Assembly (NCBI GenBank): GCA_963705505.1
Contig: CAVPJU010000010.1
Location: 1-64,000 of the forward strand
DNA length: 64,000 nt
Direction of reading: 5' to 3'
DNA from: an uncultured bacterium
GTDB lineage: Bacteria; Desulfobacterota_D; UBA1144; Nemesobacterales; UBA2774
Made by a program: the position numbers and the translations under genes. The notes below the pieces were generated by a model. The model worked only from the letters and a program-made list of their open reading frames with translations, was not told where the DNA came from and did not search any database. Positions 40,562 to 51,196 of this stretch are shown in pieces. Position 1 is the stretch's first letter. Each line of letters starts with the position of its first letter.

Positions 40562-41435
40562 CTTCAGGCCCCCGAGCGAGGGTAATAGCTTCATTCTCCA
40601 GGCGACGATAGGCTGCTCCCACAACCAGTGCACTTACTGTGCAATGTACAGAGAGGAGGAGCAGAGGTTCCGCATACGTCCGATGGAAGAGATAAAGCAG
40701 ATCATAGACGAAGCGAGCGAATCGGGACAAATAGACGACCGTGTATTCATAGCCGACGGCAATGCGCTTGTACTTTCGCAGAAGAAGCTCATCGAAATCA
40801 TGGAGTATCTCAGAGAAAAATCCCCCGGCATCGGGCGTATCAGGATGTATGCGAACGTCGGCGATATACTGAGGAAAGGGGTCGGGAACCTGAAAGAGCT
40901 GAAGATGCTCGGCCTCGACATGGTTTATATAGGTTTTGAGAGCGGGGACGATATAGTCCTCGAGCGGATAAAAAAAGGGGCGAGCTTTGATCAGACGGTG
41001 AAGGCGTCCCGGATGCTGAAGGAAGCGGGGATAATGAACTCAGCCATGGTGCTTCTCGGCATGGGCGGCGTCGAGAGGAGTGCCGAGCACGCGGAAGCGA
41101 CAGGCAGGCTCCTCACTGCGTGCGACCCCGAATACGTCGGCGCGCTTTCCCTCCAGCTCCGTCCGGGTGCGCCCGTGTACGACGAATGGAAGAGGGGGGA
41201 ATTCGAGCTTCCGGGTAAGTTTCAGATGATCACGGAGCTTCGAATACTCGTCGAGAATACGGAGCTTACAGACGGGTACTTCTTCTCGAACCACATCTCG
41301 AATTATCTGCCTATCAAGGCGAAGTTCCCCGAGGACAAGGAAGAGGTGCTCCGGCAGATAAGAGCCGTGCTCGAGAGCGGGGACGAGTCGCTTCTCCGCC
41401 CCGATTATTACAGGGACGTCATAAACCAGTACTGA
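40539..41435 (+). CDS. Radical SAM protein
   Basis: FRPPSE, CSHNQCTYC (CxxxCxxC), GFESG. Confidence 0.9.
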   Translation: MIDYVTPYFRPPSEGNSFILQATIGCSHNQCTYCAMYREEEQRFRIRPMEEIKQIIDEASESGQIDDRVFIADGNALVLSQKKLIEIMEYLREKSPGIGRIRMYANVGDILRKGVGNLKELKMLGLDMVYIGFESGDDIVLERIKKGASFDQTVKASRMLKEAGIMNSAMVLLGMGGVERSAEHAEATGRLLTACDPEYVGALSLQLRPGAPVYDEWKRGEFELPGKFQMITELRILVENTELTDGYFFSNHISNYLPIKAKFPEDKEEVLRQIRAVLESGDESLLRPDYYRDVINQY

Positions 41436-41474
41436 ACTATCTTTAATAATAACCAAACTTAAAGGAGAAATATT

Positions 41475-42410
41475 ATGCCCAGGATCGCCACGATTTCACC
41501 TGTCTGGGGATGCAGTATAGCCGACCTCCGCGCCCTCGCGAATGAGGCGGAAGCGGGGGGTTTCGAAGCTATATTCTCCCCCGAGGTGCCGCCGTATAAC
41601 GGTTTATCGAACGCTCAGGTCTTTGCCGAAGCTACGAGCAAGATCAAGGTAGGCACGTGGATAACAAATATTTACATGCGTCTGCCCGTGATCGCGGCCG
41701 CGACCGCCCTCACTATTCAGGAGTTATCGGGCGGCAGGATGGTGCTCGGTCTCGGCGTTAGCCATAAGCCCGTAAACGACAGGTACGGCATAGAGATGGG
41801 GGACCCCATAGAGAAAATGAGGGGATACGTGAAGGCTGTGAAGTCCTTCATGGACGGTACGGCCCCGCAGCTGACCCTCAAACGCGAGCTGCCGAAAGTC
41901 CCCGTGTATATCGCGGGACTCACGAAAGGGGCGGCCAAGCTCGCTGGTGAAGTAGCGGACGGAATAATGCCTTACATGTCCACGCCGGAATATATCAAGA
42001 CGCTGGCGGGATACGTTGCCGAAGGTGCTAAGGCTGCCGGACGAGACCCTTCTGAGATAGACATCACGCTCGGCATACCGTCTGTCGTATCGGACGACCT
42101 CGGGCTCGCCAGGAAGGCGGGCAAGCGCGGCCTCTCCGGATATCTTCGGTTTCCGTTCTATCAGAGGCTCATGAGGAATAACGGCTTCGGCGACGTAATT
42201 GACAAGATCAATGGCGGAGCGGATCCGGCAGAGGTATTCACGGACGAGATGCTCGACGCCGTTGCGCTCGTAGGCCCGGCGGAAAGGTGCAGGGAGAGGC
42301 TCGAGGCATACAGAAAAGCAGGGGTCGGTCTCCCGATAATCGTGCCCAACGCCGCGGGAAAACAGAGCAACATCGAGGTAATGAAAATCACCGTCGCGGC
42401 GTATAAGTAG
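41475..42410 (+). CDS. LLM-class flavin/F420-dependent oxidoreductase
   Basis: TSKIKVGT, SGGRMVLGLG, PVYIAG, LAGEVADG. Confidence 0.88.
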   Translation: MPRIATISPVWGCSIADLRALANEAEAGGFEAIFSPEVPPYNGLSNAQVFAEATSKIKVGTWITNIYMRLPVIAAATALTIQELSGGRMVLGLGVSHKPVNDRYGIEMGDPIEKMRGYVKAVKSFMDGTAPQLTLKRELPKVPVYIAGLTKGAAKLAGEVADGIMPYMSTPEYIKTLAGYVAEGAKAAGRDPSEIDITLGIPSVVSDDLGLARKAGKRGLSGYLRFPFYQRLMRNNGFGDVIDKINGGADPAEVFTDEMLDAVALVGPAERCRERLEAYRKAGVGLPIIVPNAAGKQSNIEVMKITVAAYK

Positions 42411-42466
42411 TAGTACTTCATTTGTATGAGCGGCTTCCGCCGCGTCCGAACGAAGACCAGGCTTAT

Positions 42467-42610
42467 CTGTCATTTCGAACACACGTGAGAAATCTATTTT
42501 TTAATCCCCTCTCCCCTCCGAGGGAGAGGGCAAGGGTGAGGGGGTACATTAGAAATAAAAACTGCGTTCGTCACTGAGCGCACACGTAGTGTGCCGTCGA
42601 AGGGTGAGTT
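42467..42610. repeat. Cluster of REP-like elements between convergent genes
   Basis: GTCATTTCGAA..GAGAAATCT; CCCCTCTCCC..GGGAGAGGG..GGGTGAGGGGGTAC (as at 1398); CTGAGC..GTCGAAGGG. Confidence 0.6.
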
Positions 42611-42632
42611 GGGATGGGTAAAAACAGCTGCC

Positions 42633-44345
42633 TCACTTCTGCTCCACTTGCAATGTCCTCAGCCTGTTTATCGCCGCGGCAAGCTCGATCTTCCTGAACT
42701 CCGCATAGCCTCCCGAAATCCTCGTACCTATGACATCGAGCCCGTCCCTCGCTATGTCCATCATTACGAGGGATGCCACCTCCCTCAATGTCCTCTTCCC
42801 GTCCATGTACCTCCGCGCGTACTCTATGGCGTCCCCGATCGCCGCAGTCTGGCATATATCCACAAGCTGCTCGACGGCGTGCAGGTCTATCTTCTGTCTC
42901 CCGAAAGATATCGATTGGAGGCTCTTGGCCGAAATCTTGACGTCCTTCTTCCCCTTCCTCGGGTCGAAGCTCCCGGCAAGAGGTATCCTGTCGGTCACCC
43001 TCCCTAATGGGCCTCCCCCCTCCTTCTTCCTCTCGCTCGGGAACCTCCGCGCTATTTCGAGCGCCTCGGCAGTGACATTCGCAGGCTTATATTCGATCAT
43101 ACAGATCACGTGGTCTGCCACATCGAAGTAGTCCCCGGAGCCCCCCATCACGAGCACCGTTGATACCCTCTGGTCCGTGTAGAGGCTCCTGACCGTGTCT
43201 ATGTAGGGCGTTATAGGCTCCCTGTCCTTCGATACGAGCTCCTGCATGCGGTGGTCCCTTATCATGAAGTTCGTCGCCGAGGTGTCCTCGTCGATCAGCA
43301 GCACGTGAGCGCCCGATTCGAGCGATTCCAGTATGTTCGCCGCCTGAGACGTGCTTCCGCTCGCATCCTCGGTTGAGAAGGACTTGGTGTCCTTCCCGTA
43401 GGGGAGGTTCGAGATGAATGGCGATATGTCCACCTTCTCGATCCGCCTCCCGTCCTCGGCCCTTATCCTGACCGCGTTCGGGTTGGTGACGACGAACTCC
43501 CTCCCGTCCCCGGGAATGTGGTTGTAGATGCCCTCGGATACGGCCTCAAGCAGAGTGGACTTGCCGTGATACCCGCCTCCGACGATGAGCGTCACCCCTT
43601 TCGGTATCCCCATCCCGGATATCTGCCCCCTGTTCGGAAGCTCTACGTCCATTTTGAGTGAAGGAGGGGACTCGAACGGGACCGCCTCGTCTTCACTCAT
43701 AGGCCCCGGGTCGATTCCGCTCGCTCGGGGGAGTATGCTCCCCTCAGCGATGAAGGATACGCAGCCGAGCCCTTCTATCTCGTTCCGGAGAAAATCCGCG
43801 TCCTCAGCCGTCTCGATGTGCTCGTATAGAGCGTCCTCGTCGAGGTTCCCGAATATCATCGAAAACCTGACTATCTTCGGAAGCTCCTCGAAGAACATGG
43901 CCTCCGCGTGCTTCCCGGCCACACTGCGTCCGAAAGCCGGCAGGCCCATCCCGAACCTCGCTTCGGCATACATGTGCGTGACGACCACCGACGAGCGCTC
44001 GAGTATCTGCTGGCCCGGCCTGCTCATGGATATCAGGCCGCTCTTCCCGCTCCCCCTGTTCCCTAAGGAGAACTTCTCCGACGCTGAGTTGAATGCCCTG
44101 GCGATGAAGTCCCTGAGCGCGATCTCCCTCGTCTTCCCGGAGTAGGTGTCCTTCGGGAACCCGGCGGTGTCCTGATAGACCCTTACCCTCACGCGGGACG
44201 GCGAGGCGAAGGGGTCCCCCTGCACCCGGTCTATATAGAATACGAAATCGTCAAACCCGTACTCGCCCGCAATATCCCTGTACGCTGGGTATCCCCTGCC
44301 GTCTATAATCCTGAGCGCGTCCCTCAAATCGTGTGCGGTCTTCAT
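42633..44345 (-). CDS. ABC-ATPase domain protein (predicted ATPase of the ABC class)
   Basis: VQGDPFASPS, GGGYHGKST, IRAEDGR, ASGSTSQA, DEDTSATNFM. Confidence 0.9.
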   Translation of the reverse strand: MKTAHDLRDALRIIDGRGYPAYRDIAGEYGFDDFVFYIDRVQGDPFASPSRVRVRVYQDTAGFPKDTYSGKTREIALRDFIARAFNSASEKFSLGNRGSGKSGLISMSRPGQQILERSSVVVTHMYAEARFGMGLPAFGRSVAGKHAEAMFFEELPKIVRFSMIFGNLDEDALYEHIETAEDADFLRNEIEGLGCVSFIAEGSILPRASGIDPGPMSEDEAVPFESPPSLKMDVELPNRGQISGMGIPKGVTLIVGGGYHGKSTLLEAVSEGIYNHIPGDGREFVVTNPNAVRIRAEDGRRIEKVDISPFISNLPYGKDTKSFSTEDASGSTSQAANILESLESGAHVLLIDEDTSATNFMIRDHRMQELVSKDREPITPYIDTVRSLYTDQRVSTVLVMGGSGDYFDVADHVICMIEYKPANVTAEALEIARRFPSERKKEGGGPLGRVTDRIPLAGSFDPRKGKKDVKISAKSLQSISFGRQKIDLHAVEQLVDICQTAAIGDAIEYARRYMDGKRTLREVASLVMMDIARDGLDVIGTRISGGYAEFRKIELAAAINRLRTLQVEQK

Positions 44346-44586
44346 CGATTCGGGAATAATATGATACTTTGAGAGTGAAGTCCACAGCGGGAATATCTAA
44401 AACCGGACAGCCCGAAAACAGACATTGAGGGCACCGGTTTTCATAGACTCAGCCGCGGCTATAAATTTGTGAACGGGTGCTGTTAAAACTTGTGGAAATG
44501 CAAAAATAAATATTGTATGTTGTTTGGTGGTTGGGGGATATAACACACCGCGGGCGGATTTCAATTTCACTGAAGGAGGTATTGGT

Positions 44587-44918
44587 ATGAAGTCTAATTT
44601 CAGCAAGTGGTTAATCATCCTTTGCGCCGGAGTGCTTGTGGGCTCGGGCTGGGCGCATGCAAGCGGAACGAAGAGCCTGCAGAGGAAAAGGTCGAAGAGG
44701 TCGAGGTTGACGAGGTCGAGACACCGTCTGCGCAGGATACTACCGAAGATATGACGGAGGAGTCTGTTGAGATGTCAGTCCAGGAATCGACCGGTTCCGG
44801 CACTGAAGTAGAGGAAACGGTTGAAGAGACCGTGGATTCCGTTCAGGACGCGGACCAGCCAGCGCCCGACCAGACGCCCGACAAGAGCGGACAGGATTCC
44901 GGTCAAAACGCGCAGTAG
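44587..44918 (+). pseudogene. Small acidic lipoprotein, frameshifted in a G run at ~44640
   Basis: GGAGGT RBS, MKSNFSKWLIILCAGVLV; one extra G gives GLGLGA-CKRNEEPAEE with an LGAC lipobox. Confidence 0.75.
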
Positions 44919-44978
44919 GATTTAAAACGGTATCGTTAACGGAGTTCAAGGGTAGGTTTTATTTATAGAACATAATCG

Positions 44979-45008
44979 GGGCGGGCATATACGGTGTCCG
45001 CCCTTTTT
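44979..45008 (+). terminator. Intrinsic terminator
   Basis: GGGCGGGCAT-ATACG-GTGTCCGCCC then TTTTT. Confidence 0.75.
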
Positions 45009-45096
45009 GTTGATTCTTCCGATCCGGACCTGACTTAAGCTCTTATTTCACCCTCCTCACAGTCTCTCGATTTATTCCTCACGCGCCGGCCCCGCC

Positions 45097-45125
45097 TTGT
45101 GCGGAGTCCGCTTCAAAGATAAAAT
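45097..45125 (+). promoter_or_regulatory. sigma70-like promoter for a leaderless xseB-ispA-tlyA transcript
   Basis: TTGTGC-17-TAAAAT, 8 nt before ATG, no Shine-Dalgarno. Confidence 0.5.
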
Positions 45126-45133
45126 ACCTCTCT

Positions 45134-45361
45134 ATGAAATCCAGGAGAACGTTCGAGGACGCCCTTAAGGAGCTCAAGGAAATAATACGCAAGCTCGAGA
45201 GCGGCAACCTCCCCCTCGAAGATTCGATAAAGCTCTTCCAGGAAGGGACCGAGCTCATCTCGTTTTCGCATAAAAAGCTCAATGAAATCAGGAAGAAAGT
45301 CGAGATACTCGTCGAAAAGAACGGGGAGACGGCTTTTGAGGATTTCGAGCCCGAGAGCTGA
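45134..45361 (+). CDS. xseB: Exodeoxyribonuclease VII small subunit
   Basis: TFEDALKELKEIIRKLESGNLPLEDSIKLFQEG. Confidence 0.95.
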   Translation: MKSRRTFEDALKELKEIIRKLESGNLPLEDSIKLFQEGTELISFSHKKLNEIRKKVEILVEKNGETAFEDFEPES

Positions 45362-45367
45362 TCCGCA

Positions 45368-46264
45368 ATGGGATTCGATATAAAAAGCTATCTTAATCAT
45401 AAGCGGGAGCTTGTGGACAGCAAGCTCGACTCGCTGCTGGCGGACGGGGGCGGTCATCCGACGAGGCTCCTCGAGTCCATGCGTTACAGCGCTCTCGCCG
45501 GGGGCAAGAGGCTCCGGCCGATACTCACGATCGCGGCGGGAGAGGCTGTGGGAGGCGACCCTTTAGAGGTCCTGCCCGTAGCGTGCGCTATAGAGATGAT
45601 CCATACCTATTCGCTCATACACGACGACCTCCCTTCCATGGACGACGATGCGCTCAGGAGGGGTGTGCCGACGAACCACAAAGTCTTCGGGGAGTCGACC
45701 GCGATACTCGCGGGGGACGCGCTTCTGACGGACGCATTCAGCATTATCGTGAGAGACGGGCTTAAAGCAGGCATAAGCCCCGAAGTTATCTGCGGCGTCG
45801 TGAGCGATATATCGCAGGCCGCGGGCTCACACGGTATGATAGAGGGGCAGGCTATAGACCTCGCTCTTGCGGGAATTAAGGACGTAACTATAGGCGAAGT
45901 CGAGCGAATGCACGCTCTCAAAACAGGCGCAATGATAAGGGTATCCGTCACGACGGGCGCGAGGATCGGCGGGGCGGATAAAGTACAACTCGCAAAACTC
46001 ACTTCCTACGCCGAAGCAGTCGGCCTCGCGTTTCAGATAATTGACGACGTGCTCGATGTAGAGGGGGAGGGGGACCTCGGCAAGGAGAGGGGCAACGACG
46101 CGAGACAGGGGAAATCCACTTACCCGGGGCTTGCGGGGATCGAGGAGTCGAAAAGGAAAGCTTCCGACCTCACGCGGAGCGCCGTCCGTATGCTTGAGGG
46201 CTTCGACGAAAAAGCCGAGCCGCTAAGGCAAATTGCGCTCTATCTGGGCTGCAGAAATCACTGA
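45368..46264 (+). CDS. ispA: Farnesyl/geranyl diphosphate synthase
   Basis: GGKRLRP, LIHDDLPSMDDDALRRG, FQIIDD. Confidence 0.95.
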   Translation: MGFDIKSYLNHKRELVDSKLDSLLADGGGHPTRLLESMRYSALAGGKRLRPILTIAAGEAVGGDPLEVLPVACAIEMIHTYSLIHDDLPSMDDDALRRGVPTNHKVFGESTAILAGDALLTDAFSIIVRDGLKAGISPEVICGVVSDISQAAGSHGMIEGQAIDLALAGIKDVTIGEVERMHALKTGAMIRVSVTTGARIGGADKVQLAKLTSYAEAVGLAFQIIDDVLDVEGEGDLGKERGNDARQGKSTYPGLAGIEESKRKASDLTRSAVRMLEGFDEKAEPLRQIALYLGCRNH

Positions 46265-47037
46265 TGAACATTAAAGAAGGCAGGGAACGCGCCTCGGGGA
46301 GGAAGAGGCTCGACGCAGTCCTCGTCGAGAGGGGGCTTGTTGAGACGAGGGCCAGGGCGCGCGCCGTCATCATGGCCGGGGACGTCTACGTCGACGGCGT
46401 CAAGACGGACAAGGCGGGCGCTCTCGTAAAGGAAGGCTCGGAGGTCGCGGTCAGGGATACCTCCCTTAAATACGTTAGCCGGGGAGGGCTCAAGCTCGAA
46501 GCAGCCTTGAGGGAGTTCGGCATAGACCCGAAGGGGAAGACGGCAATAGATATAGGCGCCTCCACAGGGGGCTTCACCGACTGCCTGCTCAAATCCGGAG
46601 CCGAGAAGGTTTACGCGATCGACGTGGGCTACGGCCAGCTCGACTGGAAGCTCAGGCAGGACCCGAGGGTCACGGTAAGAGAGAAGCTGAACGCCCGATA
46701 CATCAAGCCCGAAGACATAGGGGAGCCCGCGGATATAGTTGTTATAGACGTCTCATTCATTTCCCTCACGATGATAATCCCTCCCGCGATTGCGCTCCTT
46801 AAGCCGGGCGGAGTCCTCGTCGCGCTCATAAAGCCGCAGTTCGAGGTAGGGAAGGGGGAAGTGGGGAAGGGCGGCATAGTCAGGGACGAATCGAAGCACA
46901 GGGAAGTAGTGGATAAGATCACTGAATTCGTTAAGAGTCACGGTCTCGGAGTCCTCGGGGTTATTCCTTCGCCCATCGAAGGGGCTGAGGGGAATAAGGA
47001 ATTTCTGATTGCCGCGGTTAAAGGGAACGAAGATTAG
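46264..47037 (+). CDS. tlyA: TlyA-family rRNA methyltransferase
   Basis: S4 domain, YVSRGGLKL, DIGASTGGFTD, LIKPQFE. Confidence 0.95.
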   Translation: MNIKEGRERASGRKRLDAVLVERGLVETRARARAVIMAGDVYVDGVKTDKAGALVKEGSEVAVRDTSLKYVSRGGLKLEAALREFGIDPKGKTAIDIGASTGGFTDCLLKSGAEKVYAIDVGYGQLDWKLRQDPRVTVREKLNARYIKPEDIGEPADIVVIDVSFISLTMIIPPAIALLKPGGVLVALIKPQFEVGKGEVGKGGIVRDESKHREVVDKITEFVKSHGLGVLGVIPSPIEGAEGNKEFLIAAVKGNED

Positions 47038-47052
47038 GAGAGTACGATCGGG

Positions 47053-47697
47053 CTATTTCTTTCCCCAGTCTGCGAGGAACCTTTCAAGCCCGATATCAGT
47101 GAGCGGGTGTTTCACTAACTGTTTGAATACCTTGTACGGCATTGTCGCAATGTCTGCACCCATTTTCGCCGCTTCGACTACGTGGAGCGGGTGTCTCACG
47201 CTCGCTACGAGCACTTCCGTTTTGATGTCGTAGTTCTCGAAAATTTGAACGATGTCCTTGACCATCTCCATGCCGAATTCCGATATATCGTCGAGCCTGC
47301 CGACGAACGGGCTCACGTAAGCGGCTCCTGCTTTCGCGGCGAGGAGCGCCTGAGAAGGGGAGAATATCAGCGTCACGTTCACGTTTATGCCTTCGTCTGA
47401 CACAATTTTCGTCGCCTTAATCCCGTCCTCGGTGAGCGGCATCTTCACGACCACGTGCTCGTGTATTTCAGCGAGGTCCCTCGCCTCGTCTATCATGCGC
47501 TCTATGTCCGTCGAGAGCACCTCGGCGCTCACGGGCCCCTTTACGATCTCGCATATCTCCCTGACGAGTTCCTTGAACCCCTTCTGCTCGCCTTCCTTGG
47601 ATACGAGGGACGGGTTAGTCGTCACGCCGTCGAGCACGCCGTAGCTCGCGGCGTCCCTTATCTCGTCGAGATTCGCGGTATCGAGAAAGAATTTCAT
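47053..47697 (-). CDS. tal: Transaldolase / fructose-6-phosphate aldolase family
   Basis: [29 protein letters not shown]. Confidence 0.92.
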   Translation of the reverse strand: MKFFLDTANLDEIRDAASYGVLDGVTTNPSLVSKEGEQKGFKELVREICEIVKGPVSAEVLSTDIERMIDEARDLAEIHEHVVVKMPLTEDGIKATKIVSDEGINVNVTLIFSPSQALLAAKAGAAYVSPFVGRLDDISEFGMEMVKDIVQIFENYDIKTEVLVASVRHPLHVVEAAKMGADIATMPYKVFKQLVKHPLTDIGLERFLADWGKK

Positions 47698-47854
47698 GAC
47701 TGCCTCCTCATCGAAATTGAGGTGGAATATACCATAATTCCCGCGGGCTTTGAAATTATAAGCGCTATTGAGATCGATTATCCCCGGAATTATTTGACAA
47801 ATATGGTATTCCCTGCAAAATATTCACGATTATCCGCAGGAGGGATGTAATTTA

Positions 47855-48145
47855 ATGGCTAAAAGAATTAAATCCGGAATCAAGAAACACCGTCAGAGCA
47901 TAAAGAAAAGAGACAGGAACACCATAGTTAAATCCGACCTCAAGACTCAGGTAAAGAAGATCAGCACACTTATTGAGAATAAGGACGTAAAGGCTGCGGA
48001 AGAAATTCTGAGAGAGACGGAATCAAAGCTCAAGAAAGCCGCTTCGAAGGGCGTAATCAATAAAAAAACTGCATCGAGGAAGACCGGCAGGCTCGCGAAA
48101 AGGATATCTCAGCTCTCAAAAGCTCCTGAAGCCCCCGCTTCGTAA
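47855..48145 (+). CDS. rpsT: 30S ribosomal protein S20
   Basis: IKSGIKKHRQS..RN...KS; KGVINKKTASRK; divergent context next to holA. Confidence 0.92.
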   Translation: MAKRIKSGIKKHRQSIKKRDRNTIVKSDLKTQVKKISTLIENKDVKAAEEILRETESKLKKAASKGVINKKTASRKTGRLAKRISQLSKAPEAPAS

Positions 48146-48153
48146 ATACCCCC

Positions 48154-49158
48154 TCAGCTCCTGGCACACAATTCAAGCACGAGCTTCGTTAGCACGAAGC
48201 TCTTAGGCACGTAGCTCAGCTTGAGCTTCCTATCGCACTCGGCGAGCGCCTCCATTATGCGCGCTATGTCCTCGTACGTGAACTTTTTCAGATCCTCGCT
48301 CAGGTAATAGTACTGTCCGGGGGAAATCTTCAGCTCCTTGATCATCTCCGCCTGCGGCGTCTTCTTGTCCAGGAGCTCCTTCGCCCTCCATATTAGCCTG
48401 AACCTCCAGGTCAGAAGCCCCAGTATGGACAGAGGCTCCTCGCCGGCCGCTTCGAGATCACTCAAAACCATGTGGGCTGTCCGCTTGTCTCTTTTAGAGA
48501 CCGCATTTATGAGCTGATAGATGTCGGCGAACTTCGTCTTGCTCGTAAGGCTCTCGACGTCGTTTGGTCCTATGGTCTTTTTGTCCCCTTTGTATATCGA
48601 AATCTTTATAAGCTCGTTGTGTATCTCCTGGAGGTCATCCCCGACGAGGCCGATCAGGGTCTCGGCTCCAGCGTTTGTAATTTCGTATCCGAGCCTCCGT
48701 GCTTCCTCCTTCACCGCGGACATAGCGTCACCCTTCCCGAGTGTGAAGTCGAATACGGATACGTTTTTCCCTCCGCCGAGCCTGGGTTTCTTCCCCTCGG
48801 AAAATATGAGGACGAGGCACGCCGCAGGCGATGGGGACGATATATAAGGTTCGAGCGCGGTAAGCTCCTTAGCCGATAATTTGTCGGCGTTTTTCACCAC
48901 AATGAGCTTCTTTTTCGAGAACATCGGGTATGTGCTCGCGTTATCCGCGATCTCCTTCCCCGACGCGCTTTCCCCGTGGAAGACTATGTAATTTATATCC
49001 CCCGAAGGGCCGAGAAGCTTTTGCCTTAGCTCAGATACCGCCTTCTCAATGAGATATGACTGGTCTCCCGTGAATACGAGCACCGGCGCGGGATCGCCCG
49101 AAGCTATGTAATCCGTGAAGTCATCCGAGCCTGATTTCCCCCTGGGTTTTTGTTTCAT
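48154..49158 (-). CDS. holA: DNA polymerase III delta subunit
   Basis: PMFSKKKLIVVK, LVGDDLQEIHNELIK; adjacent to rpsT. Confidence 0.88.
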   Translation of the reverse strand: MKQKPRGKSGSDDFTDYIASGDPAPVLVFTGDQSYLIEKAVSELRQKLLGPSGDINYIVFHGESASGKEIADNASTYPMFSKKKLIVVKNADKLSAKELTALEPYISSPSPAACLVLIFSEGKKPRLGGGKNVSVFDFTLGKGDAMSAVKEEARRLGYEITNAGAETLIGLVGDDLQEIHNELIKISIYKGDKKTIGPNDVESLTSKTKFADIYQLINAVSKRDKRTAHMVLSDLEAAGEEPLSILGLLTWRFRLIWRAKELLDKKTPQAEMIKELKISPGQYYYLSEDLKKFTYEDIARIMEALAECDRKLKLSYVPKSFVLTKLVLELCARS

Positions 49159-49292
49159 CTTCGGTTCACGTATCGGATGGATTAATCATCGCGCCTGAAA
49201 GCGGGATGGATTACAGGTGAGTATATTCGAGCGCGGGAGGGGAGGCAAGCGGGCTGGAAAGGGGCGCGCAATCGTTTACACTCTACACTGAA

Positions 49293-49964
49293 ATGGACTC
49301 GGACACGAAAGGCGTTATAAGCTGGGAATACCTCGGCACCGTGAGTTATTCCGACGGCTTGGCGCTCCAGAACGAGCGGCGCGAGAGAATGCGCTCGGGA
49401 GGCTCCGGTACAGGCGGCTACCTTCTCCTCCTCCAGCATCACCCCGTCATCACGGACGGCAGGTTCGGGCGCGGCGGCAACATCATACTCACGCCCGAAG
49501 CGATGGAGAAGCGCGGCGTCGAGTTATATAAAACCGAGAGGGGAGGGGACGTCACGTTCCACGGCCCCGGCCAGCTCGTCGCGTACCCGATAATCGATCT
49601 CCGGGCTTTCGGTCTCGGGGCGAAAGCCTACGTCGGCGCTCTCGAGGACACCGTCGTACGCGTGATCGGGGATTTCGGTCTGCAAGGTGTGCGCATGGAG
49701 AAGCTTCGCGGCGTCTGGGCTTACGGAGGCAAGATCGCGTCTGTCGGGGTCTCGGTCAGGGGCGGAATAACCATGCACGGCTGCGCGCTTAACGTGAATA
49801 CCGACCTCAGCTATTTCTCCATGATAATCCCCTGCGGCATCGAGGGCGTTATGATAACGTCGATGAAGGATATTCTGGACGAGGAGATCGACTTCGAAGC
49901 GGTTAGCGCATCGTTCGTCCGTCATTTCGGCGAGGTCTTCAAAGCCGAGATGAGAAGTTCGTAG
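49293..49964 (+). CDS. lipB: Octanoyltransferase
   Basis: RGGDVTFHGPGQLVAYP, KIASVG, HGCALN, IIPCG. Confidence 0.95.
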   Translation: MDSDTKGVISWEYLGTVSYSDGLALQNERRERMRSGGSGTGGYLLLLQHHPVITDGRFGRGGNIILTPEAMEKRGVELYKTERGGDVTFHGPGQLVAYPIIDLRAFGLGAKAYVGALEDTVVRVIGDFGLQGVRMEKLRGVWAYGGKIASVGVSVRGGITMHGCALNVNTDLSYFSMIIPCGIEGVMITSMKDILDEEIDFEAVSASFVRHFGEVFKAEMRSS

Positions 49965-50095
49965 CACTCGTGCCCCAAAACTACCCTGATAGCAGCACGA
50001 AAGCAGACCGATTACGTCATTTCATGTTTCAATCCATCATCCTGACAGCATATACCCTTAAGCAATATGCTGATTGGCTATTATCTATTATACGG

Positions 50096-50146
50096 TGTCA
50101 TTCCCGCAACGATTGCGCACGAGTAAGCAATCGGACGCCATGACAA
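50096..50146. repeat. REP-like unit with AAC-stem-GGACGCC hairpin
   Basis: TGTCATTCCCGC-AAC-GATTGC-loop-GCAATC-GGACGCC-ATGACA; related to 14828 and 18207. Confidence 0.55.
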
Positions 50147-50280
50147 CAAAGGCACCGACGTAAAATAACTCCTGCCTGAATGTTGCTGAAGTCCAAATAG
50201 GGGTAGGGAGGATTTTAAGTTCGTCGTTATTATATGATTATCTAAGTAGTTTTGAACAATTGATAATTCAATGCCTAGAG

Positions 50281-50706
50281 TTATCCCCCGCAAAGCTCGA
50301 GCGCATTGAAGAAGTAGCCGATCTCGAACGCGGCAGATTCGGGCGAGTCCGAACCGTGTACGGTATTCTCCTCGATGCTCGTCGCGAAATCCTTCCTTAT
50401 TGTCCCTTCAGCGGCCTGGGCGGGATTGGTGGCCCCCATAATCTCTCTATTTTTGGCGATGGCGTTCTCCCCTTCGAGCACCATCAGGACGACAGGGCCC
50501 CGCGACATGAAATCGGTCAGGCTCCCGTAAAAGGGCCTATCCTTGTGCACTATGTAGAAGCCCTCCGCGTCCTTTTTGGTGAGCTTTACCATTTTGAGAG
50601 CAGCGATTCTGAGCCCGTTCTTCTCGAACCTGCTTATGACTTCTCCGATTACGTTTTTTTCGACACCGTCAGGTTTTATGATCGATAAAGTGCGTTCCAA
50701 TTTCAT
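50281..50706 (-). CDS. ndk: Nucleoside diphosphate kinase
   Basis: [25 protein letters not shown]. Confidence 0.97.
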   Translation of the reverse strand: MKLERTLSIIKPDGVEKNVIGEVISRFEKNGLRIAALKMVKLTKKDAEGFYIVHKDRPFYGSLTDFMSRGPVVLMVLEGENAIAKNREIMGATNPAQAAEGTIRKDFATSIEENTVHGSDSPESAAFEIGYFFNALELCGG

Positions 50707-51196
50707 GCCTCCAGGTTATTTTTGCCCCTTAATTTTTTCGGCAAATTCAGTTTTGTCAAATGCCGGGCGCCCCGCGGCCCCATGTCCCTTATCCCCGAGC
50801 GAAGGGTTTTACAGCCCTATTTCATTCCGGGAGTCCCCATTATCTGCCGCAACTATTCGGTTTCCGGCAAAAATACTGAAAATTAACTCTTGCCCTATTT
50901 GCTTTCATGCCCGATAATTAAATATAGACCGGATTATACGCTTTATGTCCGGTAATGGATGATGGAATAAGACTCGGAGGTGTCCCGGTCTTTTCATCGG
51001 CATACGGACTATATGACTTACGGTTCATCGGCGATCCCGGCTCTCAGGGTACGGAGATTGCGACATATTTTACTGCCCCGCTCATTTTTAGGAGCTTATT
51101 TTTCTCTCCCGGTAAGGAAAAATTCTGTAAATATGATAAATTAATACCTGTTATGGTACGGGATGATGAGACCGCGCCGCCAAGAGAAGGGAAAAC

